Positions 1 to 11,868 of a DNA stretch of 64,000 bases are shown here, piece by piece; the stretch's first letter is position 1; each line of letters opens with the position of its first letter. The DNA is taken from contig OZ365112.1 of the NCBI GenBank assembly GCA_977030845.1, positions 11,408,001-11,472,000 of the forward strand, in the 5' to 3' direction. A program made the position numbers and the translations under genes. The notes under the pieces are model-generated. The model saw nothing but the letters and a program-made list of their open reading frames with translations. It was not told the origin of the DNA and did not search any database. This DNA is from Fimbriosthenelais zetlandica (taxonomy: Eukaryota).

Positions 1-752
1 AGCTAAAAGCAAATTAATTCTCTCCCTCTCTCCAACAAAATTCTTTTTTTGGTAGAGGACACTTTTGTCTTGGTGCGTGTGAACTTGACCCAGAGCAGTA
101 ATTCCTTACAGGCGACCAAAAAACCAGTATGGTACATGACTAGTTGTTGCGACATACTTATAATTTTTTTCTATTTCTTCCCATTTTAATTCCCTAGCTT
201 AGGGGAAGAGGGTGAACCCCTAACAAGTTACAATAGTAAACACAACCAAAACCTGTATATTGAATGCCAATCAGTGGAGACAGGCAAGTGGCTTTCTATT
301 TTGGGGATACACAGTGATGGAATGCCTGGATGTGAAAGTTGTGTTTCTGGGTAGGCGACCTGTTTCCCAGTCTCTCCATCCCAGTTTCACCGAAAAATAT
401 CTCTTACCAAACAAAATTGGGTTCTTAAAGCATTTTTTCACGACTTATTTGACATTTCTGGCTTGATGTGTGTATTTTGAGTCCTGAACACACGGGTATA
501 ACTGTGGTGTGCCTGTCAAACAGGTCTTTCTACCTCGGAGAGAATGTTTGAATGCAAGATCACAAAAAACCCCGGGATTAAACTGAGTAGAAATCTTGGC
601 TTAAAGTGGCTCTCTCTCCTCTAAAACCTTCAATATTTAATGATATATGTAGACTCTCTATCAATAGATAAGCCCTGAATATCCATAGACCTAGCACATA
701 GTCCAGGTGAGTATACCCTCTGATATATTGCTATACCAGGAACCTATGTTAA

Positions 753-935
<183 letters not shown>

Positions 936-993
936 TAATCAAATTCCAAAATTTTGTGTAATAGATTTGTCCTCTTCCTGATGAATTTACTGA

Positions 994-1128
<135 letters not shown>

Positions 1129-1156
1129 TAAATACTCACTCCAATGTTGATTTTAA

Positions 1157-1423
<267 letters not shown>

Positions 1424-1499
1424 TAAACTAGAGTGATCATCGAACTTGTATCATCAAATAAACTCTCATAGAATTCTATGGTAATATAGGTGACATTGA

Positions 1500-1670
<171 letters not shown>

Positions 1671-1685
1671 TGAGATTATATTTAA

Positions 1686-1910
<225 letters not shown>

Positions 1911-2563
1911 TCCTACAAGAATACATGTAAAAATACAGATACAAATTTATATATAAAAACATTTCTCTTTCTCCGGTTCTCCTTCCACTGGGAAACTTAC
2001 AGAAAACAGATTAACTTTGGCTGATCCACAGCATTCTCTATTTTGCTGTATTTTCTTGACCGTTTAATGAAGCATTTTACTGCCCTTCTAGTTACTCTTG
2101 GAAATATTCAAAATCTATTGATTGAAGCAATACGGACATATATATATATGAGCAGTGGAACCCCGTAGCATTTTGTGAGTTTGAAAAAATAATTTTTCTC
2201 TTCAAGACGGATTGGTGTTTAAATTGTATTAAACCCGATGGTATTTTCTATATTTATTAATGTCTCTTTGGATTCAGGCAGAAATTCCAGGTAATGGAGA
2301 TATGAAATATGTGTTTTAATTTCTGCTGCTCATTTGGTGATGCGAGAACTGCAGTATTCTTTGATAGTTTCTGCTTAATATGATAGGTGGCCCACAATGA
2401 ATTTTAGATGAAATTTTAATTGGCTAGTGTATGTCATTAATCAAAAGATGTGAGAATAATGGTGCACGGTAATCTTATGACTTTGATGATGTTTTATGTG
2501 ACAATGATTTTGTGAATTTGCTTAGGACGGCTCCGTTGTCTGATGGAGTCTCATGGAATTTCA

Positions 2564-2569
2564 AATAAA
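2564..2569 (+). terminator. Probable U2AF2 polyadenylation signal
   Basis: AATAAA about 650 nt after the stop codon, followed by a TG/T-rich tract (tttgtgtgtatttc). Confidence 0.55.
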
Positions 2570-3341
2570 TGTACTATGTTCTGAAATTTGTGTGTATTTC
2601 ATCTTATTACCAAAATTCCATGTATATTTATCTTGGATAAAGATAGGAAAAACAAAGTACTGGGATATTCACCCAACTCTAATACTTTTGGCATGATAGG
2701 GATGGAAATTTCCAGAGAAAAAACTTAATTCAACAGGAACCAATAATTGACGTGGCCTCACTTCTGGTAGATCCTGTTCTGGCCTCCCTTGAATTCAACA
2801 GGGACCGTATAAGTATTATTTAATCTGGGATCCTTCCTTATATAAAAACTATCCAAATCATACGCAGAAACAACCATAAAAGCAATAGATTGATTTGACA
2901 GAACCATTAACTTTATTCCATTCATATTATTATATATATGATACAGATTGTACAATGCGACTGTTCCTCTCCTTTCCCAGTTCATTTTCACGACCATAGC
3001 AGTTCATGTAGTGAAAAGTGCACCGTTCAGAGTATGAAAATTCCACTGTGATTCTTAAGCACAAATTCCTGTCCTATTCCCAGGACTTAGTTCCCCCGGA
3101 CCTCACTCTTCTCACGCCATTATTCTAGGAACATTGTTTATAATTTTTCCTCTAAATAATTTACACATTTCTAAGTGACTCTGTAATTCATTTGCGCAAA
3201 GTTTGAGAAAGGACACAGGAGAAGTAAGGACCGTACGGTACACACACGAATGTCTATATTACATGGTACTTGGTGATGATACACATTAGATTACATTTAG
3301 ATCAATTACAATCCAGCATTTGTATTGAAAACAAATGCTGG

Positions 3342-3352
3342 TTTATTTTATT
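3342..3352 (-). terminator. Probable MKK3/6 polyadenylation signal (two overlapping AATAAA)
   Basis: Plus-strand TTTATTTTATT is minus-strand AATAAAATAAA. It is the first canonical hexamer I found downstream of the stop at 4945, implying a ~1.6 kb 3'UTR. Confidence 0.45.
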
Positions 3353-4944
3353 ATGTATGTTACATCCCTGATTGATTTAATGATCTCAAGAAAACGTCCC
3401 TCAGTGATACAGGCCGACATGGCGAGAATTGAATCACCCATCAATTTTGAGACGATTTCATAATAAAAATATAGGCTTCCATACACATCCTCGTTAATCT
3501 TTTAGAGTGGGTACTGCACAAGGAGACACATTCATTGATCATTTACCCCATTGAAATATATCCAAACACGTGCAATTACTTGTATGTATATAGGAGAGGG
3601 CAGAAAAGACCACACTAGAAAATTCCATCCAGTCAGCTACCAAAAATTATTCTATTCTATGTACATAATATAATCGAGTTGCCTTCGTATGGAAGTGCCA
3701 AGTTGTGAATTAAATCCTCAAATCTTGTCTAATACTTGTTATGGCATAGATGGGTAATGGATATGATTTGCTGAGTGGAGCTCGGACTTGTAGCTGCTCT
3801 CGTAGTTTACATTAATTATGTGAATGGCGGTGGTCTATACCAAGCTATCTGTCTTAAGCTCATAATTGGGAAATCTCAGATTTTCATACAAATTTACAAC
3901 TATGCACATAATATGTACGATCTGGGGATATCATATACTCTTCCCTTGGTTAAGAATTCTTCTCCAGATTGACCTTTGGATGATCCGATTTTGAGAGTGA
4001 TCTAGAATACACACTGCCCCCTAAATCTAAATATCAAACACAGCAAAACCTCCATTGGTGAACACATCTGATTAGTGAACATCCTTTTCACAGTCCTAGC
4101 TCCTTAAAGTGTTGTATTCGGCCCCTCTAATAAGGTAACACCTGCATATATGGTTCACTATATGGAGGTTTTGCTGTGTCGATAGGAGAACGAGTTACAT
4201 GCAGTTTCTCCCACTTTATAGTCCTAGAGGTGCCTACTCTGAGGCTCGGTTAGTATTAAACAATTTATCACTGCCATGCTGGGCAGAGAGGAGTGGGGAC
4301 TAGTCCCTATTCATTTCTAGAGGGAGAAAATTTAGGGCACAATTGAGGAAAGAAGGGATAAAAGGGAAGGCGTTGAAAAATAGGTGTGTTCATTGAAAAA
4401 GAGCTGTAAATGTCACAACAACAGTCTCCATGGGGCCTTGTACTCATGATAGGGTGTGTTTGTATATATATGGCAGCTCTCTTATTTCAGTATGGTTGAC
4501 GTCCATAGAGCTCCTAACCACGGCAGCACACAAGGTCCAAATACATACAAAACAAACTTCACAGCTTCAATTATTGTTGACTCCCTCGTCCTGATTTTCA
4601 TGAATTTCCTTTGGAATTAGTCTCCATGGATTTGTAAGAAACGAGGAGCACTGGTCACTAGGGCGAGATGAGTGATCTTTTTTGTCGTAATGTTTTTTTT
4701 TGTGTCACAAGATGCCCTGGTGCTCTCTCGTCGTCCTTGCCTCATCACATGCTGATGTTTTTTTCTGCTCTCTCGTGCACACATTGGTAGCACTCAGTAC
4801 ATACAAGCTAGAGCTGTGACAAAGCTATCACAATCCTTTGTTTCCTCATTGCCTTAGTCATTCTATTCTAGACGTTCATTTTCTCTTAGAACATTATATA
4901 ATATAGTCTGCAGTGAATCTCATCAAAGCGACAAGACGTATTAA

Positions 4945-5095
4945 CTAATTTGTCTCTGCTTGTGGCGGTTGGAAATTGTCTAGAATATCGGTGACAAAGG
5001 CGGCCATATCAACGTCTTCGGTCTCAGAGCGAACTATGAACGGATGTTTTAGCAGCTCGGCGAAGGTAAGTCTTTGTTGATACTGCTTCTGCAGA
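4945..5095 (-). CDS. MAP2K6: MKK3/6 last coding exon
   Basis: ttccag|T CTG CAG...TAG. Encodes (C)LQKQYQQRLTFAELLKHPFIVRSETEDVDMAAFVTDILDNFQPPQAETN*. Confidence 0.95.
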
Positions 5096-5228
5096 CTGGA
5101 AGAGAAAATACAATCTTTTACTGCTAACATTCATTCCGGATTTACAGTCCAAAACGTACAGATTCATCTTCAAATACAATAAAATAGAAAATTTCCAATA
5201 ATTCTTTCTAAAAAGAAAAGGAACTTAC

Positions 5229-5368
5229 CACTTAACGATAAAATCTTCAAATTCGGTAGAGAATTTTCCGACTGCTAAGCGAGGGGCGTCCTCGTCCACC
5301 ACTTGTTTAAGTTGTTCAAAGGGATTTCCCCACACAGAGTAAGGGAATCTACCGGTGGCCAACTCGAT
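5229..5368 (-). CDS. MAP2K6: MKK3/6 exon 7
   Basis: ttgtag|ATC...AAG TG|gtaagt. Encodes IELATGRFPYSVWGNPFEQLKQVVDEDAPRLAVGKFSTEFEDFIVK. Confidence 0.96.
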
Positions 5369-5594
5369 CTACAAGTCAAAACGTCAGCATTGATTATTTA
5401 TTTACCATTATATTTTTTTTTTAAATTTCTACTTTCTTTAAAGGCACGTAGGTCGTTTAAAAATCAGACGTGACTATTCGAAATGATACTTTTTGCAACT
5501 ACTTTCTTCCTTTTTAAATTATTTAAACTTCCTTGGCAAGACACGGTAGTAGAATACCATTTCCGGGGGTCTATAATAGTATAAAGTTACTTAC

Positions 5595-5672
5595 AAGTGT
5601 GATTCCGAAGCTCCATACATCAGAGCGGATATCATATCCCTTATCATTAGCCGCGGGGTTTATTCTTTCAGG
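5595..5672 (-). CDS. MAP2K6: MKK3/6 exon 6
   Basis: tttcag|CCT...CTT|gtaagt. Encodes PERINPAANDKGYDIRSDVWSFGITL. Confidence 0.96.
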
Positions 5673-5785
5673 CTGAAAAAAATAAAGAGATTTTCTTATA
5701 TTTGGTTGTCTCATACATGAAATCCCAATAATAAGTTATTATAACTATTGGTGCCATTTATAGAATATTTTAATGAATGGGTCAG

Positions 5786-5820
5786 TAGGCAGGTGGGTGG
5801 ATAAGTAGGTAGGTAGGTAG
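5786..5820. repeat. Degenerate (AGGT)n tetranucleotide run
   Basis: taggcaggtgggtggataagtaggtaggtaggtag, next to the exon 5 donor. Confidence 0.7.
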
Positions 5821-5828
5821 ATACTTAC

Positions 5829-6008
5829 TGCCATATATGGTTTACACCCAGCGTCCATGGTCTTGGCCACTGAGTCCACCAGTTGACCAGAGATGCCAAA
5901 GTCACATATTTTGACGGAGCCATCACGGGCGGTCAGTATGTTAGAGGGCTTCACGTCACGGTGAATCACATTCAGCTCAGACTTGAGGTAATGTAGAGCT
6001 TGGAGAAC
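5829..6008 (-). CDS. MAP2K6: MKK3/6 exon 5 (catalytic and activation loops)
   Basis: ttgtag|GTT...GCA|gtaagt. Encodes [60 protein letters not shown]. Confidence 0.97.
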
Positions 6009-6026
6009 CTACAAAAACCAGCCACA

Positions 6027-6113
6027 AATACCCATAAATTATACTACTAATTATACCATTCAAAACAAGACAATACCCATAAATTATACTCATAATTATA
6101 CCATTCAAACAAG
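6027..6113. repeat. Intronic tandem duplication, 2 x ~45 bp
   Basis: aatacccataaattatact(ac/ca)taattataccattcaaa(a)caag starts at both 6027 and 6072. Confidence 0.9.
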
Positions 6114-6194
6114 GCATTCTGAAAATATTATTATACTCATGATCTGATATCTTTCAGCAGAACAATGCAGATTAATTTATAGAACTGCACTCAC

Positions 6195-6311
6195 CGATAT
6201 TGATATTTTTCCAAGAACTTTCTCTGGGATAGTCCTTCCATTCTCATAGACCATTTTGTAGAATTTGTCCAAAGACGTGTCCATAACTTCCATGCAAATC
6301 CAAACATCTCC
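6195..6311 (-). CDS. MAP2K6: MKK3/6 exon 4
   Basis: ttttag|GGA...TCG|gtgagt. Encodes GDVWICMEVMDTSLDKFYKMVYENGRTIPEKVLGKISIS. Confidence 0.96.
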
Positions 6312-6444
6312 CTAAAAACAGAAGGGAATTGAGTTTAGGAAACACCTCCAGACAGAAAACATTTTTTTTCATTCATTTAATCGTGCAATATTCAGGAGAC
6401 CTACCCTCTAGTGAATAGAAAATAAAGAAAGTGGAGCAACATAC

Positions 6445-6727
6445 CTCTCTGAAGAGAGCTCCATAGAACTGCACGGTATAAGGGCATAGTGAAGAGCGCA
6501 TGGAGATATCTAAGTCCATGATAAGTCGTTTCTGTTCTTGTGAATTGACGGTACATGTGATACGTTTGACGGCCATCACTCTGTCCGTTTTCACGTGCCT
6601 CATCTTGTCTACCACGCCGTAAGCACCGCGGCCCAGCGTGCATATTTGTACTAAGTCTGCAGCGTCCACCTCAAAATTCTCACCCTTGATTGTCAGGGTT
6701 CCTGTGGAGTCTAGGTTTCTGGGCGGT
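6445..6727 (-). CDS. MAP2K6: MKK3/6 exon 3 (Gly-rich loop, VAVK lysine)
   Basis: tcacag|A CCG...GAG|gtatgt. Encodes PPRNLDSTGTLTIKGENFEVDAADLVQICTLGRGAYGVVDKMRHVKTDRVMAVKRI...YGALFRE. Confidence 0.96.
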
Positions 6728-6874
6728 CTGTGAAAACGAAAAATATATTTAATATTGCATTTAAAAAATAAAATCGCAGGAAATAACTGACAAAATCAGT
6801 AATATTTATCTTTTACAAATTATATGGAAAAGGAAAGCTTTTAAAATAGGATAAGAAATAGATGAGAATCTTAC

Positions 6875-6935
6875 ACAGGGGACGGTGGGGGTCGGGAGTC
6901 AGGGATGCGGAATCTAGGCGGGCGCCGTCTTCTAT
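6875..6935 (-). CDS. MAP2K6: MKK3/6 exon 2 (MAPK-docking D-motif)
   Basis: ttacag|AT AGA...CCT GT|gtaaga. Encodes (D)RRRRPPRFRIPDSRPPPSP(V), a basic cluster plus phi-x-phi as in MKK D-motifs. Phase 1 in and phase 2 out, matching exon 3. Confidence 0.88.
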
Positions 6936-9049
6936 CTGTAAAACAAGGAAAAGATAATAAATCAATGGTTCTATTTTTACATCAATTTTACATCAAACAA
7001 CATGATCTAAATCAATCAAGCTTACTTCATATTTAATCTCATGTTTATTTAACTGTTTTGTTGTCCTGACTGATTTATTGATAACTTTATGAAATCAATA
7101 CGTTTTAATGTTCAGAGAAAAAAGTGGTTTTCTGAGGTATACGGATCCTGGATTTACCACTTGACAATATGAAATGACGTTAGCCTACAGTTGACTGTGA
7201 CCTACATCAGGCTGATACACAATACAAAAAATAATACCACAAATATTGTAAATGGACGAGTGACATAAATATAAATGTACACATTTCTTATTAAGGATCA
7301 TGAATATATCCCAGTCTCAAGGATCAAGACTAAGAAATAAAGACTGGGAATATATTCTTCTCGAGCTTGGCATATATGCCGCCTGTAGAGAGGGTGGGGT
7401 GGGCGTCGGTTGTTTTAGCGTTTCACTTTTGGAGGGAAAAAAAGGAACTCAGTAATTTATAATGAGAGATGGGAGCGTTTGATGTGTGTTCCACAATAGC
7501 AGGGCTGTCAACTAGAACTAAACCATACATGTATTTAAGTTGTATTTTGTATAATGCTCCAGACACACCCAAGTGTTGAAGTGAAAGTCATTTCAACTTT
7601 CAATATAATTGATGATAAAAGGTGACAAGTTTAATGTACGATCGAATAAAAAATATTCCTATCAGTCTGTTGAATCATTTAATTACTTTACTATAGATCT
7701 CATCATCTGAATCTCCTACATATAAATAATCTAGGTCGACACAGGAATAAAATAGTGATTTAATATATATCATGACTGAATTAAGGGAGATTTCTACGTG
7801 ATATAAATGTCACATCCAAGTCACTGAAGTGAAATCATAAGATCTCCACCGCCCCCTACTCCTTGCTTGTAACCCCACAAAATAATACCACCCGCCTACC
7901 ACCACAACCAACATAAGGATATATGCTGAATTGATGTGTTAATTTAACGTTTCCATTCAGTGAACATAATAGCATTTGAATATATTTCAACTTAGAACTT
8001 CCTTGATCTCTCTTCCCTAAGCCACTTACAACTGAGCCTACCATAGAATTATCTGTCTTTGGCGGTGACGCAGATCAACATTCGTTTCTTAGAAAATAAT
8101 ATGATATATCGTAATGACGACAGAACAATTATCTCTAGATAGTCATAAAATTTATGATATATTCACTCTAGATTAATTGCACACTCTTAAACTTAAGATG
8201 TTAACAAGATGTTTTGCTCGATCAAGGAGACATGACATCAAGGAGATAGGAAAGGGTGAGGGGACTATCTAAACATCTGTTATCATATTACAGACCAGTA
8301 CATTCCGTGAACTTAATCTTTTTCCCTTTACACGTCCATTATCTCCCCTCTATATTTTTTACTTGTTCCGGCTAGACCACCATGTTTCCTGAGACTGCTG
8401 CCCGAGTGCTATAAACTTAAGTCCCAAGACTTCCGCGTGCCGCACAAATAAATCAATACCATAGACTTCAATGGAAATGTGGATGAAGCTTGACGTGAAA
8501 GCTGTGGACAAACTATGAGTCATCACTTCAGAGGAACTTGGGAAACTTCAGGCTGAATCTCAACGTATTAGGGGGGGATTATATAGAAGATACCCGTGTG
8601 TACATAACTAAACATCACCATAAAATGAAGCACTGGTTAATGACTTATAAATTTCTGCATAAACCAGTTTATTTTGTGTATTCTATGGGGTATGTAGGGG
8701 TCATACAACTGTTAATTATACATTTAAATATTTTAAAATATTCATGCAAATCTGTAGTTTAGATACTAGATTATGCGTACTGCATTATTAATATGTATAT
8801 CATGTAGCCCAAGATTACATGTCTAGACATATATTAGCGACCTCTGAGCACCTAAGTATCCCACCTGTTAATGTACCACCCATGTTCTGGTACCAATAAT
8901 AGCCAGAAATCACTGCTACATTAAGCAAAAACAGTCTACTCCGAAAGCCACGAGTACATAACGTGTTGGAATGCTGGTATGGGAGGTGGTGGGGAGGAGG
9001 GCGGTGCTCTGCTAGTTTCATCATTCCAATATTGCACCTCTATGACTGG

Positions 9050-9166
9050 TGAGTCATACTGGCTGTAATAGTGAATGGGCAGGTGACTGTGAGCCTAGGA
9101 AGCTGGGGATTCCCCTCATTGATCTAGCCAGCACCACCAGCTGAAATACATGCCTACTATGACTCA
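9050..9166. promoter_or_regulatory. Candidate AP-1/NF-kB enhancer in MKK3/6 intron 1
   Basis: TGAGTCA (9050-9056), GGGGATTCCCC (9105-9115) and TGACTCA (9160-9166). Confidence 0.45.
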
Positions 9167-10511
9167 TGGAAATCAGGCCAGAAAATCCACTCACAAACCT
9201 GCATGCTTAAACATCATTTTATTATGCTAATTTGGGGAATTTGGGAGTTATTATATCTTACATAAAATGTAAATTTACTATCGAAATTTACATAAATTTT
9301 CTTGGGAAAATATACTGTGACTTTTGTCATTTTTAACAAGAAATAAATCATTTAGTGTTAACAAATTTACTGAGAATATTACCTATGTTTCATTGAGTAT
9401 AAAAAAACGTATTCACTAATTACTAATATCTTGGGAATGCATTATAATATCTAGGACATTTTGAGTGGGTTGAGGAAATGATAGAGTAATTGCACTTAAT
9501 TAACCGTGTCCCACACCGAGTGAGTTATGGTTTAAGTTTTCAGCCATATAAGGCGGTAAAGTAGGCCACTTCATGTGAACAGCTGACTGGTTCAGGGGAA
9601 AACCAGAAAAAAGTGGGAGGTTAATAATTATGATGGTGGTGGACCACCTCTAACACGTGGGACAATCATGAGATCAGTACATGGTCAGGCCAGCATGTGA
9701 ATAACTAAAAACAACGGAACATGTTACAACAGTTTGGGAACATGATAATTGGGGTGGGTGTGTCGGGGGCGGGGGCCAGTTGGCACGAGTTCTGACAAAA
9801 CCCAACAAGAGTGTCACTCAAGTTATCCAATGTTTCACTTTTGGCCCATTTCACAATTATTTGGAAAGACTGGTACCACCACTCAGCAGTGCATGTAGCT
9901 ATACACAATACATTTGAGGCGGGGTATTTAGGACTTTCTATTATAGGCTACTTTTATTTTTGGGCTAATTAAGTGTAATATATTCAATCATTCATGAATG
10001 GCACATTGACTTATATGTATAAAGTTTTTTTTTATTCATTGTTTGGCCACAAGTGTCCCAGGGGGAATAAACAGTCGTACCACACGTGATAGACGTGAGA
10101 CCTCCCAGTCCTCTACCCCATCCTGAGATCCGGACCAGGATGTATGAATACAGGGGAATTTTACTGGCCTGGATATAAAATTCCCAGGAGCCATATGTTT
10201 CTAATGAAACGGTAACCAAGTATAAACAAGAATCGCAAAAACAGCCCCTTTCCAGAACAAGCGCCCAAACTTTTAGACGCTAAAAGGTTTTTCCCATGCA
10301 ATGTTTTCGTTCGAAGAAACAACTATTATTTGCTCTTTGTAATTTTCATGAATAATATTTTCTTGGAAAAAGGGGGGGGGGAGATTTTTTTCTTTGTTTT
10401 GCAGAGTTCTGTTGAGTAGATCGGTACGGATCAAGTAACTAAAGACATAACTTGATGTCTCAAATGCACCCTTTGTTTGTCACCATGCAGTGAACTGAAA
10501 ATAATACCCAC

Positions 10512-10905
10512 CTTTTTTGCCAACCTCCTGTGTCCTAACATTATTGTTTTTGGCCACAACACTGTTGTTGTTACTGTTTATGATTAGACTGCCCTTGGGA
10601 GGGCTAAAACTTGGCATATTGGCATTCTTGTCCCCTAATGTCTGTGACCCCTCCTTTGTGCTTAATGTGACGGAGTCATTTAGCTGGGGACTGTGAGGTG
10701 ATCTCTTGCCATAAACTTGTTGACTTGTGTGCGTTTCTTTTCTAGTGTCCACGCTCTGAATATTTTTTAACACACTGTTCTGAGCACTAGCGTCACTGAC
10801 GCGTCCATCTCCACTGAGCATTCTCTGAATGTTTGCCATCATGGCTAGCTCCTCTTTGCTGGGTGTGGGACTCAAGCCAAAGTCCACTGCTCGTCTTTGC
10901 TCCAT
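10512..10905 (-). CDS. MAP2K6: Candidate alternative first coding exon (1b) of MKK3/6, 131-aa N-terminal extension
   Basis: Long open frame with a strong-context ATG (agcaacATGG) at 10905. It ends AAA AAA G|gtgggt, a phase-1 donor that joins exon 2 in frame (..EVGKK-D-RRRRPP..). No transcript evidence. Confidence 0.45.
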
Positions 10906-11482
10906 GTTGCTCGTCTGATCTTGCTCTACCCCTCGTGTGGTTCCGGGCTGTCTGAGCGGGGAATCAGGAGTTACTGCGCACTGGTACATACACTTGAACA
11001 TTATGATAACATGGGGCGGCCCAGGCCGATTATAAGTCACTTACATGTGAAACTTCCAAATATAGAAAGCTCTGCTGTCTTAATTGCCAAATGTTTTGGT
11101 TTGCTATTCGCTCTTCCAATTCAAACAGATGATCCTGTTGTGTTGACTTAGAACACTGAAACAATCGAAGTATAGTAGTTTGGTGCAAAGCAATTGGTGT
11201 AATTCTTATCACCAATGATCCAAATACCAGCGGTGAGTCATGGGGCAGTCCGAGGTATCAATCCACCTACAACTCCAATGTCCACCTTGCCTGGTCAAAC
11301 CCTCAGCTCAATCTAAACCAGTCGTCTTCTATTCACTGGTTAACAATAGAGTCCCACCAAGCTTTGATCAAAGGTTGACTGGGTGCTATTTTCATGAGCA
11401 CATGACTGGAGGTGAGTGGCGCGTGTAATCTTGGCGGGGAGAGACCCACCAATACACTTCCAGACGCTTCCTTTTACTTCTG

Positions 11483-11536
11483 TCGTCTGCTGAGCTAATG
11501 TCGTCTGCTCCGCTTATATCGTCTGCTCCGCTTATA
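11483..11536. repeat. Tandem repeat, 3 x 18 bp
   Basis: tcgtctgctgagctaatg / tcgtctgctccgcttata / tcgtctgctccgcttata. Confidence 0.9.
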
Positions 11537-11719
11537 TTTTGCTCAATGTTTATCAAACTCCTGTTGACACCAATTGGCCACAGCAGATTTCCCCAAATAA
11601 ACAATGGTCAGGAAAGGCAGAAATGTAACTGTAATCTTTCTATCCGGTCTCTACCAACCACGCGAACCACGTTCCAGAGGTAAGTGAATGTATGAAGATC
11701 CATCCGGATCAGGACTAGA

Positions 11720-11868
11720 GGGGTTTCCCCCTCACATCTCCACTCTGATTGGCTAGAAATGACATCACGGCCAACATTCTATGCTGAGTCATACCCATCA
11801 CAACCTCCATGGAGCAATCCATGTCAGGTGAGAGCCAATAGTAAGGCAGAGAACTAGGACTGACGTCA
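11720..11868. promoter_or_regulatory. Promoter-like motif cluster upstream of candidate exon 1b
   Basis: GGGGTTTCCCC (11720-11730, kB-type), ATTGG (11748-11752), TGACATCA (11760-11767), TGAGTCA (11785-11791), CCAAT (11835-11839) and TGACGTCA (11861-11868), all within 150 bp. Confidence 0.5.

Noticed and set aside
2758-2997. 79-aa minus-strand ORF between the convergent genes
   Set aside because: No recognisable domain, a non-ATG start in the track, and AT-rich sequence typical of UTR or intergenic DNA.
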